A stretch of 61,900 bases of DNA, taken from positions 1-61,900 of the forward strand of contig DAIRUS010000003.1 in NCBI GenBank assembly GCA_036803205.1, given 5' to 3'. A program made the position numbers and the translations under genes. The notes under the pieces are model-generated. The model saw only the letters and a list, made by a program, of their open reading frames with translations, searched no databases and was not told the DNA's origin. Of the stretch, positions 1 through 9,107 are shown in pieces; the stretch's first letter is position 1, and each line of letters begins with the position of its first letter. This stretch comes from a bacterium. GTDB taxonomy: Bacteria > Patescibacteriota > Minisyncoccia > Minisyncoccales > GBS-2.

Positions 1-195
1 TGCCAAAAAAGCTCCAAACCTTGTCCAAATTATTCCGTTAACAAAAGGTTGAAACACAACAAAAATATTTAAAATACCAGCATAAAAAGTATAAAGGGTA
101 GGATTAATCAGCTTTTCCTTTAAAATATATTTATCTATCAAACCAACTAAAGCAAGCAAAAACCAAGAAAAAATTGTAATTACAATCCAAAGCAT
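1..195 (-). CDS. N-terminal fragment of a multi-pass membrane protein (runs off the window start)
   Basis: ATG at 195-193 (minus) opens the frame MLWIVITIFSWFLLALVGLIDKYILKEK..., which stays open to position 1. Hydrophobic. Absent from the ORF track because it has no stop in the window. Confidence 0.35.
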   Translation of the reverse strand, partial: MLWIVITIFSWFLLALVGLIDKYILKEKLINPTLYTFYAGILNIFVVFQPFVNGIIWTRFGAFLA

Positions 196-203
196 TTTGT
201 GTT

Positions 204-947
204 TTAATTTTGGGCAATTTCATCTTTTCGGCTTAAATAAATTAAATAAGGTATTAAAAAATAGGTAAAAAATATTATTATTTGAACAAAACCAGGAAGA
301 AAATAAAATATTTGAATCATGGCAATAGCACCATAAACGATTAAGGAATAATAAAAATAAAGAGGTCGAATATTTTGCCAGCTAATGATTTTGTTTTTAA
401 CATCTAAAAAAATAATCTTAAGAAAAAAATAAAAGAAAACTAAAAGAAAGGATGCCAAAATATAGGTAAGCACTCTTAATTTAGGAAAAATTAAAATAGG
501 CTCTTGATTTTTTATTTCCACTTTAGCGGCTTTAATAATAAAACTAAAACTAAAAACTAAAACGGCTAAAAAAATAAAAAAGGAAACTAATTTAATTTTT
601 TTAGAATAAGGTAATTTGAATAAGAGGTAAGAGAAAAATAAAAAGGGGTTTAAAAAAATGCTGAAAAAATACTGAAACAAAAGAAAAATTCTGATGAAAG
701 AAAAAGGGGCATTAAAAATAAAAAAGCTAACTATAGAAATATAGTAAAAAATAATATTAAAACCACAAGAGCACCAGAAGGCAAAAATAATTTTATCGCC
801 AAGGTTTAATTTTTTTTTCTTAAAAACAACTAAATAGGCAGATAAAAAATGTAAGAAAATAACAAAAGGAGAGGAAAAAAATCGGTAAAAAAAATTTACT
901 AGTTGATAATTCTCCATAAAAAATTTAGCCACAAACTTAAGGCTCAA
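204..947 (-). CDS. polytopic membrane protein, function unknown
   Basis: 247-aa ORF, extremely F/I/L-rich with several hydrophobic segments. No recognisable motif. Confidence 0.5.
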   Translation of the reverse strand: MSLKFVAKFFMENYQLVNFFYRFFSSPFVIFLHFLSAYLVVFKKKKLNLGDKIIFAFWCSCGFNIIFYYISIVSFFIFNAPFSFIRIFLLFQYFFSIFLNPFLFFSYLLFKLPYSKKIKLVSFFIFLAVLVFSFSFIIKAAKVEIKNQEPILIFPKLRVLTYILASFLLVFFYFFLKIIFLDVKNKIISWQNIRPLYFYYSLIVYGAIAMIQIFYFLPGFVQIIIFFTYFLIPYLIYLSRKDEIAQN

Positions 948-1452
948 TTTATAATAATCTTATCACAACTAACCAATATTCCATTATACCATTTTCGGTA
1001 ATATAAATGAATATAAATGGGTGAATTATATTTTTGAAAATTTTTAAAAAGATAACAAATACCTTTGGGGTAAATTCTTTCTTTTAAATTAAAAATGTTA
1101 TCTCTAATTTTTTTTATTGCACTTTGAAAATGAAAAAAATTCTGGCTCGGTAATAACAATTAAGGCTAATGAAATCTAAATAATTTTTAATCCTGTTTAG
1201 GAAAAATTTATTCCATGACCAATAGAAAAACTTGCATAAATTTTATCCAAAAAGCAGGGTCTTAGCGGTTCAAAAAAATAAACGCTTTTGCAAAGCCCTA
1301 CTTTTACTTCTGGTTTTTAAGAATGAAATGATTGATAAACTCTCTTTGATAAACTCTCTTGTGAGATTTAATTTGATTTTTTACTAATTTTAAAAGGTCA
1401 GAGAACTTTTTTGAAAAACGAAAACCGCTCCGCCAATATAATCTTCCGATTT

Positions 1453-2433
1453 TTAATTACTTAAATATCTTTTTCCTTCTTGCCAAAAAAAGTCATTTCC
1501 TTTGTTTTTTTGCCAGTACCACCATTCTCCTCCCCAAAAATAAAATGTATTAATTCCTGTTTCGAGAGCGAAATTGATGTTTTCTTTAAATTTTTCTTCA
1601 TCAAGAGTAATTTTTTGTTCTTCCAGAGAGCAATTATAAAGTAAATCTTTACACCAGGGTTCGGCCTGAAACTCTCCGCAAATTACTCTTTTTTTAAATA
1701 ACTTTTCGATTAGATTTTTTCTAAAAGTATAATATAAAGGAGGAAAAGGATATTTTACATATTTACTAATTTCTTTAAAATAAACCCTTCTATGTAAAGT
1801 AATACTTACTATATCCCCTATTTTTGCTGCCGTAAACCAAAAAGAAAATTCTCCGCTGTCTGCAAAAATAATAGGTCGATTGTCTAAAGACCTAACTAGC
1901 TCAATTTCTTTTTTGACCAATTCTTTTGTTATTTCTGGACACTCGCCAAAAGGAAAAAAGGGTTCATTTTCTATTTGCCAGGCAAAAATGGATTTTGAGT
2001 CTTTATGTCTTTCAACAACGTTTTCTATAAATTTTAATAAGTCTTTTTCATAGTTTTTTTTATCAATCCAAGAAGGAAAATGGCATTCTGGCCATCTACC
2101 AGTTTTAATCCCTATCACTAATATTAAACTAACATTTCTTTTTTCTGCTTCTTCTATTTGCCAATCTAAATCAGAAAAATGATATTCGTTTTTCTCTTTT
2201 TCAATTAAATCCCAGTGAGTGATAATCTTCAAATTTTTTGTCTTTAAATCATCTAAAAGGGCTAAATAATTTTCTTTCCAATCTAAACCCAAAAGAGAAG
2301 AATGCTTTTGAGAAAACACAACTCCAAAATTAACTTTTTCTGGTTTTTGAGTAAAGAAAAGAAAAAAACATAAAGAAAGAAAAACCAAAAAAAAGAAAAA
2401 TAAAATAATAATTTTTTTAAATTTAGCTTTCAT
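1453..2433 (-). CDS. membrane-anchored glycoside hydrolase, clan GH-A (GH5-like)
   Basis: N-terminal TM segment (KKIIILFFFFLVFLSLCFFLFF). WQIENEPF matches the N-E-P acid/base motif of clan GH-A (beta/alpha)8 hydrolases. Start moved to the internal ATG at 2433 (MKAKFKK). Confidence 0.5.
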   Translation of the reverse strand: MKAKFKKIIILFFFFLVFLSLCFFLFFTQKPEKVNFGVVFSQKHSSLLGLDWKENYLALLDDLKTKNLKIITHWDLIEKEKNEYHFSDLDWQIEEAEKRNVSLILVIGIKTGRWPECHFPSWIDKKNYEKDLLKFIENVVERHKDSKSIFAWQIENEPFFPFGECPEITKELVKKEIELVRSLDNRPIIFADSGEFSFWFTAAKIGDIVSITLHRRVYFKEISKYVKYPFPPLYYTFRKNLIEKLFKKRVICGEFQAEPWCKDLLYNCSLEEQKITLDEEKFKENINFALETGINTFYFWGGEWWYWQKNKGNDFFWQEGKRYLSN

Positions 2434-3754
2434 TTTTAATAATTTCTTCAATTTTTTTAGTGCCAAATTTTTCTCCCTCAATAAAAGCTTCTAAGGCCAT
2501 TTCAGCCAAATACCCTTTTTCTAACCAATCAAAAAACCATTGGTCGGTATAATTTGGGTCTTCTTGCAAAATTCCAAAACCTGATTTTAAAAGCCATCTC
2601 ATATTAAATTCTTCTTGAGAGCCAATTGGCGGCGCAATAATAATTGGTATTCCTAAAGCAGAATAAAAAGAAAGTTCGGAAGGTTTTGTCCATAGAATAT
2701 CTGTTTTTCTTAGGGCGAGATTAAATTTTTGAAAATAATTTTCAATGTTCTTTTCAAAAATAATTTCAACATTTGAACCAAATAGATTTAATTTTCTAAT
2801 TTGGTTAATAAAATATTCTTTAATTTTCTCTTTAATTCCAACCGCCAAAATCAATTTTACCTCTCGGGATAAAATTTTTTTGGCTAAAGATTTGGCAATT
2901 TTTATTCCTATTTCTTTTTGGGCGCCAGCTCCACCAACCGAAAATAAAATGGTCAATGGGTGATCAGATTTTTCGGCTAACCTGCCTAAGTTTTTTTCAA
3001 TTAATGTTTGATATTTTTCAAAATATTTCTTTTTTGGGTCTAAATTCAAAATCCGATGCTTTAAATCTTCTTTTAAAATCTCCATTTTTTCTGAGCCAAT
3101 ATTTTCTAACGGCAAAGGATAACCGGTTAAAAAAATATTTTCCTCTTTTACTCCATAAAGTTTTAATCTTTCCGTCACCCTTTCATTTGGAGCAAAATAT
3201 TTAATTTTGCTTTCTTTTGGGTTTAAGGGCGCCCAGACTCTTGAAATGTCGGCATCACAAATAATACAGAAAATTTTTCCGGGGTAATTAAAAAACTCGG
3301 CCATAAAAGCCGGTATAAAGAAAGTAGAAATTATTGGCAAATTAGCTCTTGACGCTCCGTTTTTATCCAATTGGCAGGCCTGAAAATTTGTTGCTTTCTG
3401 GACTTTCAATTTATTAATTAAGTCTCTCCCCCACCCTTTTTCAAGAAGAAAATAGATGTTATTTAGAGTAAAATTTGGTTTTGACAAATCCCTTTTGGGA
3501 TAAAAATTAAGAATTTTTTGAAATTGGTTATAAACCGAAAAAACAATTTTGCCAATGAAAGGCGTTTCGGAAAACCGAGATATAAACTCATAAAATTTTC
3601 GTGTCCTCTCCCAAATCTTTCTATCTTGCTCTGGAATTCCTTTATAATCGTTAGCATTAATAATTTCTCCTTCAGCCAAACCTCTAAGAGGAAAGGCCGT
3701 TCTTTGATGTCCATAACCCATATTTACCGAAATAATCCAAGCCCTATTTTGCAT
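2423..3754 (-). CDS. glycosyltransferase, GT28 / MGDG-synthase-like
   Basis: N-terminal ISVNMGYGHQRTA resembles the G-x-G-H motif of MGDG synthase/MurG-type GT-B enzymes. C-terminal VGGAGAQKE nucleotide-sugar loop. Confidence 0.5.
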   Translation of the reverse strand: MQNRAWIISVNMGYGHQRTAFPLRGLAEGEIINANDYKGIPEQDRKIWERTRKFYEFISRFSETPFIGKIVFSVYNQFQKILNFYPKRDLSKPNFTLNNIYFLLEKGWGRDLINKLKVQKATNFQACQLDKNGASRANLPIISTFFIPAFMAEFFNYPGKIFCIICDADISRVWAPLNPKESKIKYFAPNERVTERLKLYGVKEENIFLTGYPLPLENIGSEKMEILKEDLKHRILNLDPKKKYFEKYQTLIEKNLGRLAEKSDHPLTILFSVGGAGAQKEIGIKIAKSLAKKILSREVKLILAVGIKEKIKEYFINQIRKLNLFGSNVEIIFEKNIENYFQKFNLALRKTDILWTKPSELSFYSALGIPIIIAPPIGSQEEFNMRWLLKSGFGILQEDPNYTDQWFFDWLEKGYLAEMALEAFIEGEKFGTKKIEEIIKNES

Positions 3755-3798
3755 ATTTTAAAATTTTACCAAATTTTTGAAAAACTCCCAAAAATTCT

Positions 3799-3835
3799 AC
3801 TGCTACAAATTCTTTGCGATCGCAAAAAGAAAGTG
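3799..3835. repeat. upstream copy of a 37-bp direct repeat bracketing the PaaX/Cas2-like gene 1; contains the perfect 14-bp palindrome TTTGCGATCGCAAA (3813-3826)
   Basis: 27/37 identical to 4431-4467 in direct orientation. The palindrome overlaps a -35-like TTGCGA (3814-3819), which sits 17 nt upstream of TGaTAAAAT (3834-3842). Confidence 0.7.
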
Positions 3836-3848
3836 ATAAAATATTTTA

Positions 3849-4430
3849 ATGGGGATTAAAAAATATAAATATTATTTCTACAAACCAAAATCAGAAATAG
3901 TTAAAGATGTGTTATATTGGTTAGCCGTAACTGGGGCTGTTTATATTGCCGCCAGCTCTCCCTATTTTATTAGAAGTCTTTTAAAAAATATTAAAAAATT
4001 TAAAAAACACTCAAAAAGAAGGTTGGCCAATATCTTTTATAGATTAAAAAAAGAAGGGTTAATTGAAATAAAAAAAAGAGGTAAGCAATTTTACATAGGT
4101 TTAACCGAAGAAGGAAAGAAAAAGGCGGGAAGGTTTCAAATCGATGCCTTAAGAATAAAGAGGACCAAAAAATGGGATAGAAAATGGAGGCTGGTAATTT
4201 TTGATATTTCTGAGTTGAAAAAGTTTTTAAGAGAACTCTTTAGAGGAAAGTTAAAAGAATTGGGGTTTTATCAATTACAAAAAAGTGTCTGGGTTCATGC
4301 TTTTGATTGTGAGGCTGAAATTGAACTACTAAAAGAATTTTTTGGTTTATCAGAAAACGAATTGAAATTGGTGGTAGCTGAAAAAATAAGCAACGACGGC
4401 GTCCTAAAAGACTTTTTTAAAATAAAATAA
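3849..4430 (+). CDS. PaaX-like protein: hydrophobic N-terminal segment + winged-helix + Cas2-like (PaaX central) domain, paralog 1
   Basis: FYRLKKEGLIEIKKRGKQFYIGLTEEGKKK is wHTH-like. KKWDRKWRLVIFDI...LGFYQLQKSVWV matches the WDxxW-hydrophobic-strand and QxSVW pattern of the PaaX central / Cas2 ferredoxin fold. Roughly 55-60% identical by eye to ORF 57034-57606. Confidence 0.6.
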   Translation: MGIKKYKYYFYKPKSEIVKDVLYWLAVTGAVYIAASSPYFIRSLLKNIKKFKKHSKRRLANIFYRLKKEGLIEIKKRGKQFYIGLTEEGKKKAGRFQIDALRIKRTKKWDRKWRLVIFDISELKKFLRELFRGKLKELGFYQLQKSVWVHAFDCEAEIELLKEFFGLSENELKLVVAEKISNDGVLKDFFKIK

Positions 4431-4467
4431 ACTGCTGCGATATTTTTGCGACCGCTAAAAGAATGAG
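4431..4467. repeat. downstream copy of the 37-bp direct repeat bracketing gene 1 (core GCGACCGC)
   Basis: ACTGCTGCGATATTTTTGCGACCGCTAAAAGAATGAG versus ACTGCTACAAATTCTTTGCGATCGCAAAAAGAAAGTG. Confidence 0.6.
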
Positions 4468-4505
4468 GCTGTTTGAAAAGAAACAGATATTACATAAATG
4501 AAGTT

Positions 4506-5999
4506 TTACCTTAAAAAGCTTGGGCGAGTGAATTTTTCTTGAAGTCGCCAGATGATTAGACTTAAAATTAAATAAAAGACTATTAGCCAAAACCAGGAAA
4601 TCTCCAGCGATTTAAAGGCAAAAGGAAACCCAGAAAAAAAGTCAACGATTTTTATTAAATAAGTGAGTAAAAACCAAACGGGAAAGGAAAAAATCCAGCC
4701 CAGGGGTTGCCAAATCGCTCCCAAAAAGGCAAAGATAAAACCAAAAAGTATAATCCAATAAAGTCCAGGAACAATGAGGATGTTAGTAATCGGAGCAATA
4801 AAAGAAACATAGCCAAAATTATAAATCAAGATTGGCAAGGTGAAAACCTGAGCAGATAGAGTTATTGCCAAAATACTTCTTAATTGGAAGTGGTTTGGGA
4901 TCTTCCGGAGCCAAATTTGAAAAATTGGCAAAAGATAAATTATTCCCAGCATGGCCAAAAAAGAAAGCTGAAAACCAACGTCTAGCTTCAAAAGCAAGGG
5001 ATTTTGAGCTAACATTATAACAGCAGCAAAGACAATTGTGCGAGAGGAAACGTTCATTCTGCCTAAATATTGGGCTAAAAGAAAAAGGCCGCCCATAATT
5101 CCAGCCCTAACGGCTGAAGGTTGAAGTCCGGTTATAATTATAAATAGAACAATTAAAATAATTGAAAAATAAAAGGCTTGATGTCGCCAAAAACCTAACC
5201 CAATTAAGATGGTCATTAAAATACTTGTTACGATTGTGACATGAAGTCCGGAGACAGCGGTAATGTGTCTTACACCAGTCACATTTAGTTTCTGATTTAA
5301 ATCCTCGGAGATTTGTTTTTTATCCCCTAAAATCATTGCTCCTAAAATTGAACTCTGAGGTGGAGACAAATTTTGATAAATAACCTCTCTCAATTTATTT
5401 TTAAATTTCAAGATTTTTGCATACACAAAACTTCCTTTATTTTTTTCAATTATCTCAATTTTTGGCCAATCCATTACTGAATAGATTCCGTCTTTTTTTA
5501 AATAATCTTTATAGTTAAAACCTTCAATATCTTCTAAGGGGGTCTTTAGTTTTCCAAAAATTTTCAATTTATCGCCATAATGATATTCTGGATAGCGATT
5601 TGTAGTTATTAAAACCTTGCCAAAAATTAGCGAAGAACTGTCTCCCGCTAAAACTTGAGTTGTTTTAACTGTTAGTTTTTGGCTTTTTTCTCTCATCTCT
5701 GGCTCAGTTGAGACTATTCCGATTAGGGTGATTTTTTGATCTAAGTCATTAAATTTCCTTAATTCGTCATTCTTAATTCTCAATTCTTCAATATTGTGTC
5801 TCCAAATCCCTAAAACTAAAAACAAGAGAGAAAAGCCAACAATGACCAATTTTTTATATCTCCAGCAAGCCAAGATTAATAAAATTCCTAAAGTTAAAAA
5901 ACTCAATATTATTAGTTGAGAAATTTTAAAAAATGAACTCAAAAAAATCCCTCCAATAAAAGAGAGGCAAAAAAAGTAAAATATTTTCGAGGGAGTCAT
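4506..5999 (-). CDS. comEC: competence protein ComEC/Rec2 (DUF4131 + competence domain, no beta-lactamase domain)
   Basis: 497 aa. N-terminal TM helices, an OB-like segment (KLTVKTTQVLAGD...GDKLKIFGKLKTP), then a multi-pass channel domain with SGLHVT. Confidence 0.75.
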   Translation of the reverse strand: MTPSKIFYFFCLSFIGGIFLSSFFKISQLIILSFLTLGILLILACWRYKKLVIVGFSLLFLVLGIWRHNIEELRIKNDELRKFNDLDQKITLIGIVSTEPEMREKSQKLTVKTTQVLAGDSSSLIFGKVLITTNRYPEYHYGDKLKIFGKLKTPLEDIEGFNYKDYLKKDGIYSVMDWPKIEIIEKNKGSFVYAKILKFKNKLREVIYQNLSPPQSSILGAMILGDKKQISEDLNQKLNVTGVRHITAVSGLHVTIVTSILMTILIGLGFWRHQAFYFSIILIVLFIIITGLQPSAVRAGIMGGLFLLAQYLGRMNVSSRTIVFAAVIMLAQNPLLLKLDVGFQLSFLAMLGIIYLLPIFQIWLRKIPNHFQLRSILAITLSAQVFTLPILIYNFGYVSFIAPITNILIVPGLYWIILFGFIFAFLGAIWQPLGWIFSFPVWFLLTYLIKIVDFFSGFPFAFKSLEISWFWLIVFYLILSLIIWRLQEKFTRPSFLR

Positions 6000-6079
6000 T
6001 CCCCTATTTTACCTTGTTAGAAATTTTATTCAAAAACAATTTTTAAGAATAGGTAAATTATGATAATTTCTAACAAGCT

Positions 6080-6778
6080 TTACCTTACTTGACAGACTTC
6101 AAAAAATGGGGCTATTATTTTTTGAATTTCTAATAAGAATTCAGAGGGATAAGGTTTTATTTTTTCAAATTTTTTATCAATGGTTTTTTCCGGCCTAAAA
6201 TTCTGCAAATAATATCTTTTAGCGCCTCTAATCCATTTTGCCATTTCGATTACATCTTCTTTTTTATGCAAGGTAGGAACAATAGTGCTCCTGAATTCAT
6301 AATCAATTTTTCCTTCCATTAAAATGTCAATGCTTTTTTGAATTTTTTTTACATCAATTTTTGTGCCGGTAACTTTTTGGTATTTTTTTTTCGGTGCTTT
6401 CAGGTCCATCGCGACATAATCAATTAATCTCTCATCGATTAATTTTTTTAAGGTTTTAGGATCTGAACCATTGGTATCTAATTTCACAAAAAATCCCATT
6501 TTTTTTATTTTTTTAATAAGAGAAATTAATTCTTTAGATACTGTTGGTTCTCCCCCGCATAAAACCACTCCTTCAATTAAATTTTTTCTTTCTTTTAAAA
6601 ATTTAAAAAGTTCTTTTTGAGAGATTTTTGGTTGATTTTTAATTTTTTCTGGCAAAACGAGTTCTGAAGAATAACACCAAGGACAACGGAAATTGCAGCC
6701 AGTAAGAAAAATTGTGGCCGCTATGCGGCCCGGATAATCGATTAAAGTCAATTTTTGTAAACCTCCGATTTGAATCAT
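6080..6778 (-). CDS. nrdG: anaerobic ribonucleotide reductase activating protein (radical SAM)
   Basis: CNFRCPWC radical-SAM cluster motif and GGEPT. Probable start is MIQIGGLQK at 6778 (4-nt overlap with the nrdD stop) rather than the track start at 6853. Confidence 0.8.
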   Translation of the reverse strand: MIQIGGLQKLTLIDYPGRIAATIFLTGCNFRCPWCYSSELVLPEKIKNQPKISQKELFKFLKERKNLIEGVVLCGGEPTVSKELISLIKKIKKMGFFVKLDTNGSDPKTLKKLIDERLIDYVAMDLKAPKKKYQKVTGTKIDVKKIQKSIDILMEGKIDYEFRSTIVPTLHKKEDVIEMAKWIRGAKRYYLQNFRPEKTIDKKFEKIKPYPSEFLLEIQKIIAPFFEVCQVR

Positions 6779-8925
6779 TTTTTGGAAAGAATTTTTTCTC
6801 GTGGCAAATTTGTCAATTTTATATCCCTGTAGACTCGATATTCTCTTCTCCATCTAAATTCTTCCTGTTTTCCAACGTGCCATTGTTTAACGGGCCTAAG
6901 ATAGCCTACTATTCTTGAATAAACCTCGCAGGGCTGCTTAATGGCGCATTTTGGACATTCAAAATGTTCGCCAGCCAAATAACCGTGGACCGGACAGATG
7001 GAAAAAGTCGGGGTAAGAGTTATATAGGGTAAATGAAAATTCTCAAAAATTTTTTTGACTAAATTTTTAGCCACTCGCGGATCAGAAATCTTTTCTCCTA
7101 AAAAGAGGTGCAAAATTGTGCCGCCATTATAGCGACATTGTAACTCGTCTTGAAGTTTTAGGGCTTCAAAAATATCATCGGTATAGTTAACGGGCAAATG
7201 AGTGCTATTTGTGTAATATGGTACTTTTTTTGTCCCAGCAGTAATAATATCAGGATATTTTTCTTTATCAATTTTTGCCTGACGATAACTCGTTCCTTCA
7301 CCCGGAGTTGCTTCTAAATTGTATAAATTACCGGTTTCTTTTTGATATTCAACTAGTTTTTTTCTCATAAAATCTAAAACCTCTAAAGTAAATTTTTTGC
7401 CCTTTTTTGAAGCAATGTTTACTCCAAGGAAGTTTAAAAGTGCTTCATTCATTCCGATCAATCCAATAGTTCCAAAGTGATTGCCCAAATAAGAACCTCT
7501 TATCTTTTTAACTGGCGATAAATAATATCTTGAATAAGGATAAAGTCCTTTTTCCATAAAATTCTCTAAGGCCTTTCTCTTAATTTCCAAGGATCCTTTT
7601 GCTAAATTCATTAAATATTCTAATCTCTCGAAAAATTCCTTTTTAGTTTTTGACAAATATCCAATCCGCGGCATATTAATGGTTACCACGCCAATACTGC
7701 CGGTGGAAGGATTTGAACCAAAAAGTCCGCCGCCTCTTTTGTAAAGCTCGCGATTGTCCAGTCTAAGCCGGCAACACATTGACCTAGCATCTTCTGGTTT
7801 CATATCTGACTGAACAAAGTTTGAGAAATAATTTATCCCATATTTTGCTGTTGCTTCCCATAACGGGTCTAAAACAGAATTATCCCAATCGAAGTCTTTA
7901 GTAATGGAAACAGTTGGAATGGGAAAAGTAAAAGGTCTTCCTTTTGCGTCACCTTCCATTAATACCTCATAAAAAGCCCTAATAAACATATTCATTTCTT
8001 CTTGGAATTCCCCATAGGTTTCTTTTTGCGGTTTTCCACCAATAATTACTGGTTGTTTGGCTAAAAATTCTGGAGGCTTAATGTCTAAAGAAACATTAAT
8101 AAATGGGGTTTGAAAGCCAACCCGAGTTGGCACCATGCAGTTATACAAAAATTCCTGCATTGCTTGTTTGACTTGAGGATAATTTAAATTGTCATAGCGA
8201 ATGAAAGGCGCCAAAAGAGTATCGAAATTAGAAACCGCATTTGCTCCGGCTGTTTCTCCTTGAAGAGTGTATAAAAAGTTAACCAATTGACCAAGGGCTG
8301 TTCGAAAATGTTTTGCCGGCTTGCACTCTAATTTTCCTGGCACTCCGCCAAATCCTCGAACTAATAAATCATAAAGATCCCAGCCCATACAGTAAGGAGC
8401 TAAAATTTCCAAATTATGGATATGAAAGTCTTCATTGATTGCTGCTTCTCTGATTTCTTTAGGATAGATTTTGTTTAACCAATATTTTTTTGAAATAAAA
8501 GAGCCGACATATTGATTTAAACCCTGTAAAGAAAATGTCATATTGGCGTTTTCATAGATTTGCCAGTCAAGTTCTTGAATATATCTATCAATCGCCTCAG
8601 ACGATTCATCAATTACCGCTACTGCCTCCCTAATTCTCCTTCTTTGCTCTCGATATAAAATATAAGCCCTGGCAGTCTCCACAAGGCCTTCTAAAATTAA
8701 AACCTCTTCCACAATGTCTTGAATTTGTTCAACGTGGGGAATCTCTTCTTTTTTAAAGCGGCGATTTAAAATTCTAACAACTTTATCCGAAAGTCTTCTT
8801 GCTCTTTTGCCATCACCTTGACCAGTGGCAGTTAAGGCTTTGAAAATGGCATCTTGGATTTGATTCTGATCAAAATCCACAATCGTTCCATCTCTTTTTT
8901 GAACTTTAGTGATTTTATTTTCCAT
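6775..8925 (-). CDS. nrdD: anaerobic ribonucleoside-triphosphate reductase (class III) with N-terminal ATP-cone
   Basis: ATP-cone (VQKRDGTIVDFDQNQIQDAI). C-terminal Zn site (CPVHG...CPKC) and glycyl-radical motif SRIVGYLRP. Start moved to MENKITKV (8925). Confidence 0.9.
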   Translation of the reverse strand: MENKITKVQKRDGTIVDFDQNQIQDAIFKALTATGQGDGKRARRLSDKVVRILNRRFKKEEIPHVEQIQDIVEEVLILEGLVETARAYILYREQRRRIREAVAVIDESSEAIDRYIQELDWQIYENANMTFSLQGLNQYVGSFISKKYWLNKIYPKEIREAAINEDFHIHNLEILAPYCMGWDLYDLLVRGFGGVPGKLECKPAKHFRTALGQLVNFLYTLQGETAGANAVSNFDTLLAPFIRYDNLNYPQVKQAMQEFLYNCMVPTRVGFQTPFINVSLDIKPPEFLAKQPVIIGGKPQKETYGEFQEEMNMFIRAFYEVLMEGDAKGRPFTFPIPTVSITKDFDWDNSVLDPLWEATAKYGINYFSNFVQSDMKPEDARSMCCRLRLDNRELYKRGGGLFGSNPSTGSIGVVTINMPRIGYLSKTKKEFFERLEYLMNLAKGSLEIKRKALENFMEKGLYPYSRYYLSPVKKIRGSYLGNHFGTIGLIGMNEALLNFLGVNIASKKGKKFTLEVLDFMRKKLVEYQKETGNLYNLEATPGEGTSYRQAKIDKEKYPDIITAGTKKVPYYTNSTHLPVNYTDDIFEALKLQDELQCRYNGGTILHLFLGEKISDPRVAKNLVKKIFENFHLPYITLTPTFSICPVHGYLAGEHFECPKCAIKQPCEVYSRIVGYLRPVKQWHVGKQEEFRWRREYRVYRDIKLTNLPREKILSKK

Positions 8926-9107
8926 AAAAAGACAAAAAAAATAAGACAAAATATTTCCGGTCTAAAAAATTTCTTTTTCCAAGAGAATATTATCTTATTT
9001 TAATTATTTTAATTCAACAAAAAAACTGGGTCAATCCAGGCCAAGTACAGTTAAAAACCCTGAGTTATCCACAAGTAAAATTTAACAAAACTTTTTAAAC
9101 CTGTTTA

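Noticed and set aside
944-1159. 71-aa minus-strand ORF upstream of the membrane protein
   Set aside because: No SD and an AT-rich low-complexity translation. It may simply be 5' UTR or promoter DNA. Not enough support to call.
8944-8996. Two AT-rich quasi-palindromes upstream of nrdD (AGAC-N3-AAATATTT-N3-GTCT and AAGAGAATATTATCTT) as NrdR boxes
   Set aside because: They are only loosely similar to the NrdR box consensus as I recall it. Centre-to-centre spacing is about 35 bp rather than about 31-32. No nrdR gene is in the window, and such palindromes are easy to find by chance in AT-rich DNA.
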